Positions 23,625-34,564 of a stretch of DNA of 43,888 nt are shown here, in pieces; positions within the stretch are counted from its first letter, which is position 1; every line of letters starts with the position of its first letter. The stretch spans positions 14,288,492-14,332,379 of the forward strand of contig NC_068984.1 in the NCBI RefSeq assembly GCF_001194135.2, in the 5' to 3' direction. The notes under the pieces were generated by a model, which was given only the letters and a program-made list of their open reading frames with translations, had not been told where the DNA came from and searched no databases. A program made the position numbers and the translations under genes. This DNA is from Octopus bimaculoides. Lineage: Eukaryota.

Positions 23625-23825
23625 AAGTATATATTTGTGTGTCAGTGTTTGTCCTCCATACCAAAATAGCTTGACAACCGATGATGGTGTGTTTACGTCC
23701 CCGTAACTTAGCGATTCAGGTAAAGGGATCAATAGAATAAGTACTAGGCTTACAAATAATAAGTCCTGGAGTCGATTTGCTCGAATAGAGGCGGTGCTCC
23801 TGCATGGTCGCAGTCAAATGAAAAG
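23392..23825 (+). mobile_element. Full-length tRNA-derived CORE-like SINE with internal (TA)n(TG)n
   Basis: Head GGTGCAGACGTAGCTGTGTGGTAA...GGTTCGGTCACAC, CORE-like CGTGGCACCTTGAGCAAGTGTCTT, collinear with 37725-38140. Octopus tRNA-derived CORE-SINEs (OR1/OR2) are known, but the family assignment was not verified. Confidence 0.88.
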
Positions 23826-23834
23826 AAAAAGAGA

Positions 23835-23982
23835 ATTATTATCATTATTATTATTGTTATTGTTACTATTATTATTAATAATATTACTATTATAACCATA
23901 TCGATCATCATCATCATCTCCATCATCATTATTATTTCTTTTATTATCATCATCATCAACATCATCAACATCATCATCATCA

Positions 23983-24055
<73 letters not shown>
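23835..24055. repeat. (ATT)n/(ATC)n compound microsatellite
   Basis: Direct reading. Confidence 0.95.
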
Positions 24056-24858
24056 TATAACCAGTTATTTTGGCTACTGTTATTATAGTATTCAGTTTTT
24101 TTTTTCTCTCTATGAAATTGCATGTCTTCTGACTTGATTTATTGTAGTAAGCAATCTCATTGTTTGGTACAAATGCTAATAGAGTATTAATATAGTNNNN
24201 NNNNNNNNNNNNNNNNNNNNNNNNNNNNNNNNNNNNNNNNNNNNNNNNNNNNNNNNNNNNNNNNNNNNNNNNNNNNNNNNNNNNNNNNNNNNNNNNNNNN
24301 NNNNNNNNNNNNNNNNNNNNNNNNNNNNNNNNNNNNNNNNNNNNNNNNNNNNNNNNNNNNNNNNNNNNNNNNNNNNNNNNNNNNNNNNNNNNNNNNNNNN
24401 NNNNNNNNNNNNNNNNNNNNNNNNNNNNNNNNNNNNNNNNNNNNNNNNNNNNNNNNNNNNNNNNNNNNNNNNNNNNNNNNNNNNNNNNNNNNNNNNNNNN
24501 NNNNNNNNNNNNNNNNNNNNNNNNNNNNNNNNNNNNNNNNNNNNNNNNNNNNNNNNNNNNNNNNNNNNNNNNNNNNNNNNNNNNNNNNNNNNNNNNNNNN
24601 NNNNNNNNNNNNNNNNNNNNNNNNNNNNNNNNNNNNNNNNNNNNNNNNNNNNNNNNNNNNNNNNNNNNNNNNNNNNNNNNNNNNNNNNNNNNNNNNNNNN
24701 NNNNNNNNNNNNNNNNNNNNNNNNNNNNNNNNNNNNNNNNNNNNNNNNNNNNNNNNNNNNNNNNNNNNNNNNNNNNNNNNNNNNNNNNNNNNNNNNNNNN
24801 NNNNNNNNNNNNNNNNNNNNNNNNNNNNNNNNNNNNNNNNNNNNNNNNNNNNNNNNNN

Positions 24859-24892
<34 letters not shown>

Positions 24893-25784
24893 GAGACGTC
24901 TGACGGTATTCATATGTGTAAAATATGTAAATATGTGTGTGTGTATATGCTATATATATGTCCGTTTGTATGTTTGTGTGTTTGTGTGTGTGAGACAGAG
25001 CGCATGTGTGTATGTGAGTGTGTGTGTGTGTATGAGTGTGTGTTTGTGTTTGAGTTATTGTGTGAAAATACAGTTATAAATGAAATGTTTAGAGTGCTGC
25101 AAAGAAAAGGTGACACAAGAGCGATTAATATTGATACGAAAAGAAAGAGACAAAGAGTGAGAGAGTGAGAGAGAGAGGGAGAGAGAGAGAGTGTGTAGTC
25201 AGAGAAAAGGAAAGAGGGAGAGAGAAAGAGAGAGCAGCAAAATAGTCAGACATATACACAAACAAACAGAAAGAAACTTACAGGTGGACAAACATACTAA
25301 CACACAGGAAAACAGACAGACGGGCAGACAGACAGACTGACAGACAAACAGACAGACAGAGACACACTCCCCAAGATTTACATAAAGATTTGTCAGCTGT
25401 CAATATTGGAAAACATTTTATCTCTTGGTGCGGAAATAACCCTCAGTCGATATCTGAAATGTCGTAGACAACTAAACAGCTACTTCTTCATATATACACA
25501 TACACAGACACACACACATATATATATATATATGTGTGTGTATACATACATATATATGTGTGTTTGTATGTGTATACATATATATATATGTGTGTGTGTG
25601 TGTATGTATTTATAAATGTATATGTGTATCACAGAAAATGGTAAAAGTTGAAACATCACCTGAGGAATTTGAACTCTGCGGCTGTATATAAATAGCTACG
25701 ATAAAGCAGACCCCCAATCTCTTGGCGGAGCAGCAGTATGTGTTATCTATAGTAGCAACGTATGCTATTACATAGATATATCGA

Positions 25785-25817
<33 letters not shown>

Positions 25818-25984
25818 CCTTCACCTATATCCTTACCTGTATACAGAATAGTGGTCTCTTGTTTTTTGATTTACGCTATAGTACGAAGGTAATATCGCCT
25901 CAACGTTAACTGGTAGAATTACCCACCATTACACATCCGCACAAAAAACGTACCCCCCACACACACACACATGTATGTATGTAT

Positions 25985-26435
25985 GTATATTATTATTCAG
26001 TTTATTTCAAGATATCTTACCAATAGAGAAAGAACCGGTTTCTAACCTAGATCCAAGGTTCCTTCATTGGAATTTCAACATCAACAACAGGGAATTTTTT
26101 TATGTATGTATGTATGTATGTATGTATGTATGTATGTGTGTATGTGTGTATGTATGTATGTATGTATGTATGTATGCATGTATGTATGTATGCTTGCATG
26201 CATGTATGTATGTATGTATGTATTTATGTATGTATGTATGTATGTATTATATATGTGTTCTCATGCATATAGTTGCATATCTAGACATGCTCATATATAT
26301 TTAAACGATAAACTTCTGGAAAGTTTTACAGATTTTTACAGTTCCAGTGTTGGATTAGGTCTGTAGTCTGGAATTAGCTTTCTTTTTTCTGGTCTTGAGA
26401 AGCCTAACTTCTCAAGATTGGTATTTAGGCATATG
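25985..26435 (-). pseudogene. 5'-truncated 3' end of a third RLE-type LINE subfamily with internal (CATA)n in its 3' UTR
   Basis: Minus-strand CLNTNLEKLGFSRPEKRKLI...TGTVKICKTFQKFIV*, then UTR, (CATA)n at ~26100-26235, and a ~100-bp tail ending AAACTGAATAATAAT. Confidence 0.75.
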
Positions 26436-27339
26436 TGTCTATGTATGTATATATGTATGTACTTCGTAACAGTTCGACTCTGCTCTGTATTTTTCGATGT
26501 TTCGTGGGTGTGTAGAACACGTTCACATCATGAAATTTTTGAAGCCAGAATGAAGGGAATTCGAAATAAATATGTATTATATTTAATAGTATTTATGCAT
26601 CCATTGTCCTACTTAAATGAGTTGACTGTTTTATCGGTCCTGGTTTGCCATGCCCAGGTTCTGATAAAGTATACAAACTCCCTATTTCTCGTAGAGATTA
26701 CAGTCCGCAAACATTCACGCTGGTCATTCAAAATGATGTACAAACTGAAACTATTAGTCGGTTGCCTCTCCGCATATTAACTGTTATCGTTGAAATACCA
26801 TACTCAACAGAATGCAGAGTATCTGACGCCACCATCTTGTCTCTTCTCTCAATATATTCAATTTCATTTTGACCTTATCTGTTATTTAACGTTAATGTTA
26901 TTTCTTCTTATTTTGCTTAAATTAAAGATGGTCAGTTCCTTAATTTCTCTCTTGCTCTCTCACTTAATTGATATGAGGGTTGTTATATGCGAAGAAAAAA
27001 TTTCTTTACTGTGATGTTTGACTTTTACTGACCAAATCAATTTAATTTTCTCCAGTTCAAGACTTCCATACGTTATATATATATGAGTGAATTTTGTATG
27101 TGTGTTTAGAGTTGAACCATGATCTTGCAGTGATCTGATGAGTTAACTGTCTCTATCTGCATTAATTTGTGTTTTGTGTCATACTGGGTATATATATATA
27201 TATATATTAATACTAACATGTGTGCATAACTTTTGCATACTACAGTAATAACATTGTGAAACGGCCGTAACCTTATGGAGATCATATTTTTAAATAAATG
27301 TATTTTCTCCTCTCATAATTTCTGATGTTAGATCGCTGA

Positions 27340-27512
27340 TCACTACATTTATATTTTTTTTTCTCCTTGTTTCTCTCCTTGTTACTTTCATTTGAAGAGC
27401 GTAGGCTCGAAACGTCAAAGACTTTCTCTATTTTCGAGCGTTAAACTAATACATCCATTTGTTGTTTACACCGCCTGTCTTCGTCTGTTGTTTTTTTTTT
27501 GTAAATTCTCCT
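27340..27512 (+). mobile_element. Penelope-type terminal repeat fragment with variant HHR-like motif
   Basis: TTGAAGA-GCGTAGGCTC-GAAA-CG-TC at 27392-27416 (ACGT palindrome); second copy inverted at 12385-12520. Confidence 0.55.
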
Positions 27513-28307
27513 ATATATANNNNNNNNNNNNNNNNNNNNNNNNNNNNNNNNNNNNNNNNNNNNNNNNNNNNNNNNNNNNNNNNNNNNNNNNNNNNNNNNN
27601 NNNNNNNNNNNNNNNNNNNNNNNNNNNNNNNNNNNNNNNNNNNNNNNNNNNNNNNNNNNNNNNNNNNNNNNNNNNNNNNNNNNNNNNNNNNNNNNNNNNN
27701 NNNNNNNNNNNNNNNNNNNNNNNNNNNNNNNNNNNNNNNNNNNNNNNNNNNNNNNNNNNNNNNNNNNNNNNNNNNNNNNNNNNNNNNNNNNNNNNNNNNN
27801 NNNNNNNNNNNNNNNNNNNNNNNNNNNNNNNNNNNNNNNNNNNNNNNNNNNNNNNNNNNNNNNNNNNNNNNNNNNNNNNNNNNNNNNNNNNNNNNNNNNN
27901 NNNNNNNNNNNNNNNNNNNNNNNNNNNNNNNNNNNNNNNNNNNNNNNNNNNNNNNNNNNNNNNNNNNNNNNNNNNNNNNNNNNNNNNNNNNNNNNNNNNN
28001 NNNNNNNNNNNNNNNNNNNNNNNNNNNNNNNNNNNNNNNNNNNNNNNNNNNNNNNNNNNNNNNNNNNNNNNNNNNNNNNNNNNNNNNNNNNNNNNNNNNN
28101 NNNNNNNNNNNNNNNNNNNNNNNNNNNNNNNNNNNNNNNNNNNNNNNNNNNNNNNNNNNNNNNNNNNNNNNNNNNNNNNNNNNNNNNNNNNNNNNNNNNN
28201 NNNNNNNNNNNNNNNNNNNNNTCATTCCCTTTACTCTGTCGGATACGTAGTTGTTCGGTTTTTGTGAGGTGAGAATTCTGTTTATTTATATATATTTTTA
28301 GGACAAT

Positions 28308-28368
28308 ATTGTGCTGATGAACGAAGTCTAGATTCATTCTAGTAATCGCGAAATCGTCGATACACAAT
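28308..28368 (+). ncRNA. Type I hammerhead ribozyme, near canonical
   Basis: Stem I ATTGTG/CACAAT (6 bp perfect); CTGATGA; stem II ACGA-AGT-CTAGA-TTCAT-TCTAG-TAA-TCGC; GAAA; stem III ATC-GTC-GAT (near-palindrome ATCGTCGAT); AUA triplet. The only core defect is A instead of G at position 10.1. Confidence 0.75.
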
Positions 28369-30100
28369 TAAGTCTATTTTAAAAGTAAGTTGGTCATCTT
28401 CTGTTGGTTGTTTTTTCCTCGCATAGGTACTAAATGTGGTTATTTTGAGAAGTCGACTGTGTGGCGTTATTATTTTTCTATAATAATGCCCTTTATATAT
28501 ATATATATATATATATATAAGTCAGTAAATAGTGGGGTTGTGTTAACCGCACGTGGAGAAATAATATATATATATACATATATATCAGTTAATGGATCTA
28601 ATTTAAGAATATTTCCATATCGAGGACAAATATTTGATAGTTTTTAAAACGCCATGGATTAAATGATAAAAGTGTTCATGTTTTTAAATTGTAGGTATCA
28701 TCCCACTGCTTATTATAAAACTACTAGAACGTCACATGATCCTCTAAAGTAGCTAGTTGCATACAAATTCCAATCAATCGCTTTCGTTTGAACTATCTCT
28801 TTATTTTGAAACCCCTGTAAAGAATCAACCCTAAACTTCGTTCAAATCACTTGGCCCTAGAACGTCCCTTCACTAAGATTTTTTCCTGCACTTAATTTTT
28901 CTGAGATGCCAGTGACGTTAGTTCAATCTGAATTTAGACCTTTTTATAAGAGTTACGTTGGAGGGCCTGTAAACTTCACGAGTGCTGCTTCTCCTTTACA
29001 TAAAGATATAACGATAATTTAATGCAGTTGGTGCTGAAGTGATCATTCAGCTGCATCATTATGTAAAACCTCTATTGGTAAAGGCATTTTGGAATATGTA
29101 AATGGTGACTTCTTTATAGAAAAAATATCCTTACTTTGACTTTCTTAAAATGTAAGGTGCCATTTGTTTTAACGGAAGGTTTAACTTTCAGTAAGGAACT
29201 AATATACAATTTCTATAATCAGTTGCTGAAAAAAATTATCAGCAAGTGATTTCTCTTCTTTATTTAATCCTGATGATATCACACATTAAGTTGTTGTAGT
29301 TGTACGATAAGAGAAGCCATTGTATTAGTTTATCAATAATATTCTTTTCTTACGTCGATTCTTGTTATAGATACTCATAATTCAATAAAATCTTTGGGAA
29401 TGTCCTTACTGCCTCATATATTTTCAACTCCTTTTATTAAATGTAGATTCCAATTTGTTATTAGTTGTTACAGAATAAGCAACATTGAGACAATAAATTG
29501 TTGCGTATATTTTCAATATTAATAAGGTCTTACTCTAAGCTGTCACTATATGTACCACTGAAAATCTCCGAAAACAACTGTTTATTCCCTGATAAACCCA
29601 TAACAATACCCGTACTATTACATAGTGGGTGGATAAGCTGACTTAGGTGGCCTCTCGAACAATCAGAAACAAAAGTCAAGATCTTCCCAGAATAATACAG
29701 AGTGAGCTTTAAAAACTTGCATTTAATAACGTAGCCTTAAATACATCAGATCTGCATAAACGGTTAAGATATACTGTAGATTTTTCTGCATGTTGACTGA
29801 CCTAGGGCTAAAAGCAGCAACTGCAATTGCACACACATACGCCAACACGCACAAGCACGTGTGTTTATGGCTGAATGTTGACGAGCGTTATATTTCACAG
29901 ATTCTTACTCATAGTAATATTAAATATAATTGAAGTTGAGCGATTTAAAGTAATACACAGAAGCAGTTAAATATAGCAGGGAAAATACCCAAAGTTTTGT
30001 AATCTCAAGAAGGTAAATATGAATTGACATCGCAAGATTGTTCTAAGAGATGTTTGTCGATATGTGTATATGTATGTGTCTGTGTGTGCATAAATAAACA

Positions 30101-30137
<37 letters not shown>

Positions 30138-30426
30138 ATATAGGAAAAATTCTTTATAAGAATTTATCAAGTAGTCAGCGTGAAAAAACCTCATAATGAA
30201 AAGATAACGAAAAATTTCGTAATGACAAGATTCATCGTTTCTCCATAGATATATTTAAATATATATAAAGGGCATTAACTGTGTATTAATACCTCACGNN
30301 NNNNNNNNNNNNNNNNNNNNNNNNNNNNNNNNNNNNNNNNNNNNNNNNNNNNNNNNNNNNNNNNNNNNNNNNNNNNNNNNNNNNNNNNNNNNNNNNNNNN
30401 NNNNNNNNNNNNNNNNNNNNNNNNNN

Positions 30427-30462
<36 letters not shown>

Positions 30463-30620
30463 AGAGACACTCACACACACAGAACCAGAGAGAGAGAGAG
30501 AAAGAAAAGATAAGACAAATGAGTTGAGAGAATAAATGCTTACTGGTCTATATTTTAGAGACGAGGAAGTCTGTACATTATTTACAATGGATGGATATAT
30601 GTCCTCATGTTTGTTGTTAT

Positions 30621-30663
30621 CACAACGTTTCGGCTGATTTACTCTCCAGCCTTCATCAGGTGT
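30621..30663 (-). ncRNA. Minimal type I hammerhead ribozyme
   Basis: Reverse complement ACAC-CTGATGA-A-GGCTG-GAGAGTAAAT-CAGCC-GAAA-CG-TT-GTG: intact core with an extra A after A9, 5-bp stem II, ACGT palindromic stem III, 3-bp stem I. Confidence 0.7.
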
Positions 30664-30723
30664 TCTGGTGGAATTTTGAACCCAACCCTGGGTTATCATT
30701 CCTATGGTATTTTTTGGGGTCAT

Positions 30724-30896
30724 ATTATTTATTCAAAGCATTGCCTGGAATTAAATTCGCAGTCTTTGGATTACGAGCCCGCGCTCTCAACCATTACGCA
30801 ATTTTCCCTGTGCGCATATAGTATAATGGTTGAGAGGGCGTGCTACCAACCCCGAGATTGCGAGCTCAGTTGCAGGCAGTGCATTGAATAAATAAT
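30724..30896. repeat. Imperfect palindrome of two head-to-head tRNA-like sequences
   Basis: Outer arms ATTATTTATTCAAAGCATTGCCTG / CAGGCAGTGCATTGAATAAATAAT; each arm reads outward as TAATGGTTGAGAG(C/G)GCG.GCT...TGCGA.....T..CAGGCA.TGC.TTGAAT, with A-box-like TAGTATAATGG and a decayed B-box. Confidence 0.75.
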
Positions 30897-31127
30897 AATT
30901 AGATTATATAAGACTGAGGTAACTTCTCTGGAAGTTATACAGAAATAAAAAATAGAAGTGTGCCATAATTATCATGTGAAATTGGTTGAACGATATTTCG
31001 GCATCTAGCATGCCGTCCACAGCTTCAAAAATTACATATCAGTCTACTTCAATTTTTGTTAAGATTACATAGGAATGAGGTGACTCCTCCAGACGTTATA
31101 CAGAAATAAAAAATAGAAGAGTGCCAT

Positions 31128-31235
31128 GGACCGGCGCCCCGTCCAGGTGGGGAACCTATGAAAGCGAGAAACCGGCCCTTATGAGCCAAGCATGGCTCGA
31201 GAAGGAACAAACAAACAACAACAGCAAACAACATA
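31128..31235 (+). mobile_element. Short interspersed-element 3' tail ending in (AAC)n
   Basis: GGACCGGCGCCCCGTCCAGGTGGGGAACC...CCGGCCCTTATGAGCCAAGCATGGCTCGAGAAGGAAC followed by AAC-rich tail; GC-rich island in AT-rich context. Confidence 0.45.
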
Positions 31236-31294
31236 CTATTTGTGACAGAAACTCGGGTATAAACAATGCTTTCATTTCGAGTTTTTACACAGGT

Positions 31295-31517
31295 CTAACT
31301 CTTTAGCATTCGGATTACTCTGTGAAATGCTTATTTGTTCACGTTGATTTGAATTAGTCAAGCATAATCTTGTAGCTTTGAGATTACAATGACGTGATTG
31401 TGTATTTTTAGAATGCTATTGCAGAGTAAATTTGAGAGGCTATATCTGGCCAGTTTGATAATAGAACAGGTAAATTATTTTGGCCGGATATGGCCGGTTT
31501 AAATGCTAAAGGTTGAA
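31295..31517. mobile_element. piggyBac-like MITE
   Basis: Inverted termini CTAACTCTTTAGCATTC / AAATGCTAAAGGTTGAA, consistent with a decayed TTAA-CCCTTTAGCATT...AATGCTAAAGGG-TTAA structure. Confidence 0.6.
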
Positions 31518-32281
31518 TGAATGTGTATTCAAATGATTGGATAACGTATACAAGCGGTATGTAGAAGTCGTATTTTACGAACGATCCCGTGTTTTGTTTT
31601 TTGTTTTATTTGCAGTTATCGAAGGAAGTGCGGTCGGCTTCTTTGATCTCACTCAGTCACTTTAAACAGTGTCAAAATAATTTTAATGCATGACAATTAC
31701 TTGTATGCTGAAGAGCTTGAAGGCATGGCAAAATCAATGCCTTTGGTGTCTTCATTCACTCAATTATTCACTTTCTATTTGGTATCTGTTACATGTAATC
31801 GAATTTTTTTTATTTCTCTTATGTCGGGGAGTAAAGAACAAACAAACATTCACAATGAGGCAGAGAGGCGAGATTCTACTGAATCTGGATCTCGGTGAAT
31901 GACCTCAGAGTTTGCAGATGAGTACAGCATTTTATTGATTGAAATGCACAAAATATCTGTAAACATCTCTGTTTTTACATAATTATGTACAATATGCCTG
32001 CCTTTGTTTACGATCAAATCAGGTATTTTAACAGTCAATTATCCGAACTGAACAGCCTCTGATCGTATCTTTTCGATAAACGGGATCTAACTTCATTTTT
32101 GAATTAATTCCAGTATTCTGTGCATACATAATTGTATACATACATGCGTATTCGTGTTTCTATAAATATATGTGTGAGTGAGCGTCTAAGTATATATATA
32201 CACACAGACACACACCCATATATATACGTATGCTTCTATGTATAAATATTTGTATACACACAAATGCATACATACATACCT

Positions 32282-32324
<43 letters not shown>

Positions 32325-32385
32325 NNNNNNNNNNNNNNNNNNNNNNNNNNNNNNNNNNNNNNNNNNNNNNNNNNNNNNNNNNNNN

Positions 32386-32453
<68 letters not shown>

Positions 32454-34105
32454 GCATGAGTATGTGAGTATACATATATACATACATAGAAACATGCGTA
32501 TATATATATTTATATGTTTGTGCGTATACATACATACACACATACAGACACACATATATGTATGTGTGCATATTTATGTATTTATAATTAATGAATATGC
32601 GTGTACGAGCGTATGTATATGGATATGTGTATATTTATGCATGTATGCAAATATACGGTGTCAATATCTCATATATATTTCCATGTTGAAGGAAACACAA
32701 ACATTGCGCCCCTTCTATTTTATATGTTGGTGTACATTCAAACGTGACACGTATCTGAACCTGAACGAAGTTTTTATGCAATATGGATCTTTGTCTGATA
32801 TTACTTTGGTCTCTTAGGAACAGGCTCATAATACTACTACTACTAATGATAATACTAATTCTATTTTTACAATAAATACAAGTTTATAGCTGGTTAGGTG
32901 CAAGTGTTTGTGCGTGTTCGTATTTTTATGCATACCAAGTCACGAGATTTATATGAAAGTTATGGAAACGAAATATCTTTCTCCATCTTTTAAATATATT
33001 TACAACGCAAATCTTATTTACGCTTTACATCTCGTGCATTTTATGTTTTCGAGAATTCCCACTGTCATGTACTTATCCAAGATGTATATATAAATATATA
33101 TTGGAAATGGAAGCATTAATGCACGAAGAGAAAAGCTATCTGAGCTATTTTATATAATAGAATTTCGAAAATAGTTTTTTTTTTTTCTGAAAAATATATC
33201 AGCATACAGATTCAAGGTTACGAACCAAAAGCATAAAATAAAACTAGAAACGTTAATTGTAAAAATGGAAGCTAAATGAAAATAATTATTAAGGAAAGAA
33301 ATATACACCGCGTAGAGTGAAAAAATAAAAGACACAAGTTTCTTATGCTGAATATGGTTCCATGTACAGAGAGGTTTTCGTGTAAACGTGTTGTAAGAAA
33401 ACATAATGGTAAGGAGCAATTTATTACGGATGAATTAAATGCAATGGAGAAAAAAAATTATGAGTTGCTCGCAAACAAAATTCCATAGTAATTAGCCAAC
33501 AATATGAAGTTGAGTGCACTGAAAGGAAATACGGCACAGGAAAAGCTGTTGGCAGAATATGGAGGAAAGAAAAGGATTATGGAATTCCTTAGGGGAAGTA
33601 TTCGTAAGGGGGTAAGAAAAAGCGTGAAATGTAAGCGTGATAAGCTCAAAGTAGACTGGTAATGATACACAGTGATATGAAGGATGCCTTTTAATGAAAC
33701 AAATAATTTTAATTGGGTTATGCCATATTGGGAAAAAAGTTGATTAATTTCACTGCATTATTTTACACATCCATAAACAAACAATACCCTTCTGGATATG
33801 GTGTTTTCAACAATGAATTCATCGCCAAATATTACAAAGCGTAGTTAAATGAATTTGACAAAATACGATAAGCAATATTAATTTCTATACGTAAGTAAAA
33901 GCTTACACCGGAAAAAAATACGAAGACAATAACTACGGTTAAATGTTTCTTTTAAACAACAAACATTAAAAATTCTGACTTTTGCATTAAAGAAACAAGA
34001 CCAATTTAAGATACAAGTTTGCTTCCTTTAATGCATACCAACGCTCTATCATTTCAAGCTGTTGAACATATATGGTAATGATATTATTATTATATATCAT
34101 ATAAA

Positions 34106-34308
34106 GGCAGTGAGATAACAAAAATCGTTAGCTCACCGGGCGAAATACTGTCTGCCGACATGTTTTGAGTTCGAGTTTTGCCGAGGTTAACTTTGCCTTT
34201 CATCCTTTCAGGGTCGATAAATTAAGTACCAGTCAAGTACTGAGATCGATGCAATCAACAATTTTTCTTGTCTCAAAATTTGCCCTTTCCTCAAAATTTG
34301 AAACTATC
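34106..34308 (+). mobile_element. Non-CORE tRNA-derived SINE with 17-bp target-site duplication
   Basis: TSD ATTATATATCAT(A/G)TAAA at 34089-34105 and 34309-34325 (16/17); body collinear with 42144-42378. Confidence 0.88.
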
Positions 34309-34564
34309 ATTATATATCATGTAAAATAAGCAGGTTTAATCTCTAAGAAGGCATCGAATAAGCCATTAATTTTACTTTATTTTAAAATTTTTCACGGTAA
34401 ATGCAAAATCTTTTAACGATACTTTTTATTATATATATATATATNNNNNNNNNNNNNNNNNNNNNNNNNNNNNNNNNNNNNNNNNNNNNNNNNNNNNNNN
34501 NNNNNNNNNNNNNNNNNNNNNNNNNNNNNNNNNNNNNNNNNNNNNNNNNNNNNNNNNNNNATAT

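Noticed and set aside
27392-28368. Two plus-strand hammerheads bracketing the 702-N gap as paired ends of one element
   Set aside because: The two motifs and their flanks are unrelated in sequence, and the intervening DNA is unknown.
28950-29460. Minus-strand VLHNDAAE peptide reminiscent of a DNA-transposase motif
   Set aside because: A single short motif amid many stops; insufficient without a profile search.
33490-33663. Protein-like 52-codon stretch MKLSALKGNTAQEKLLAEYGG...
   Set aside because: Preceded by in-frame stops, has no motif, and is expected by chance in purine-rich DNA.
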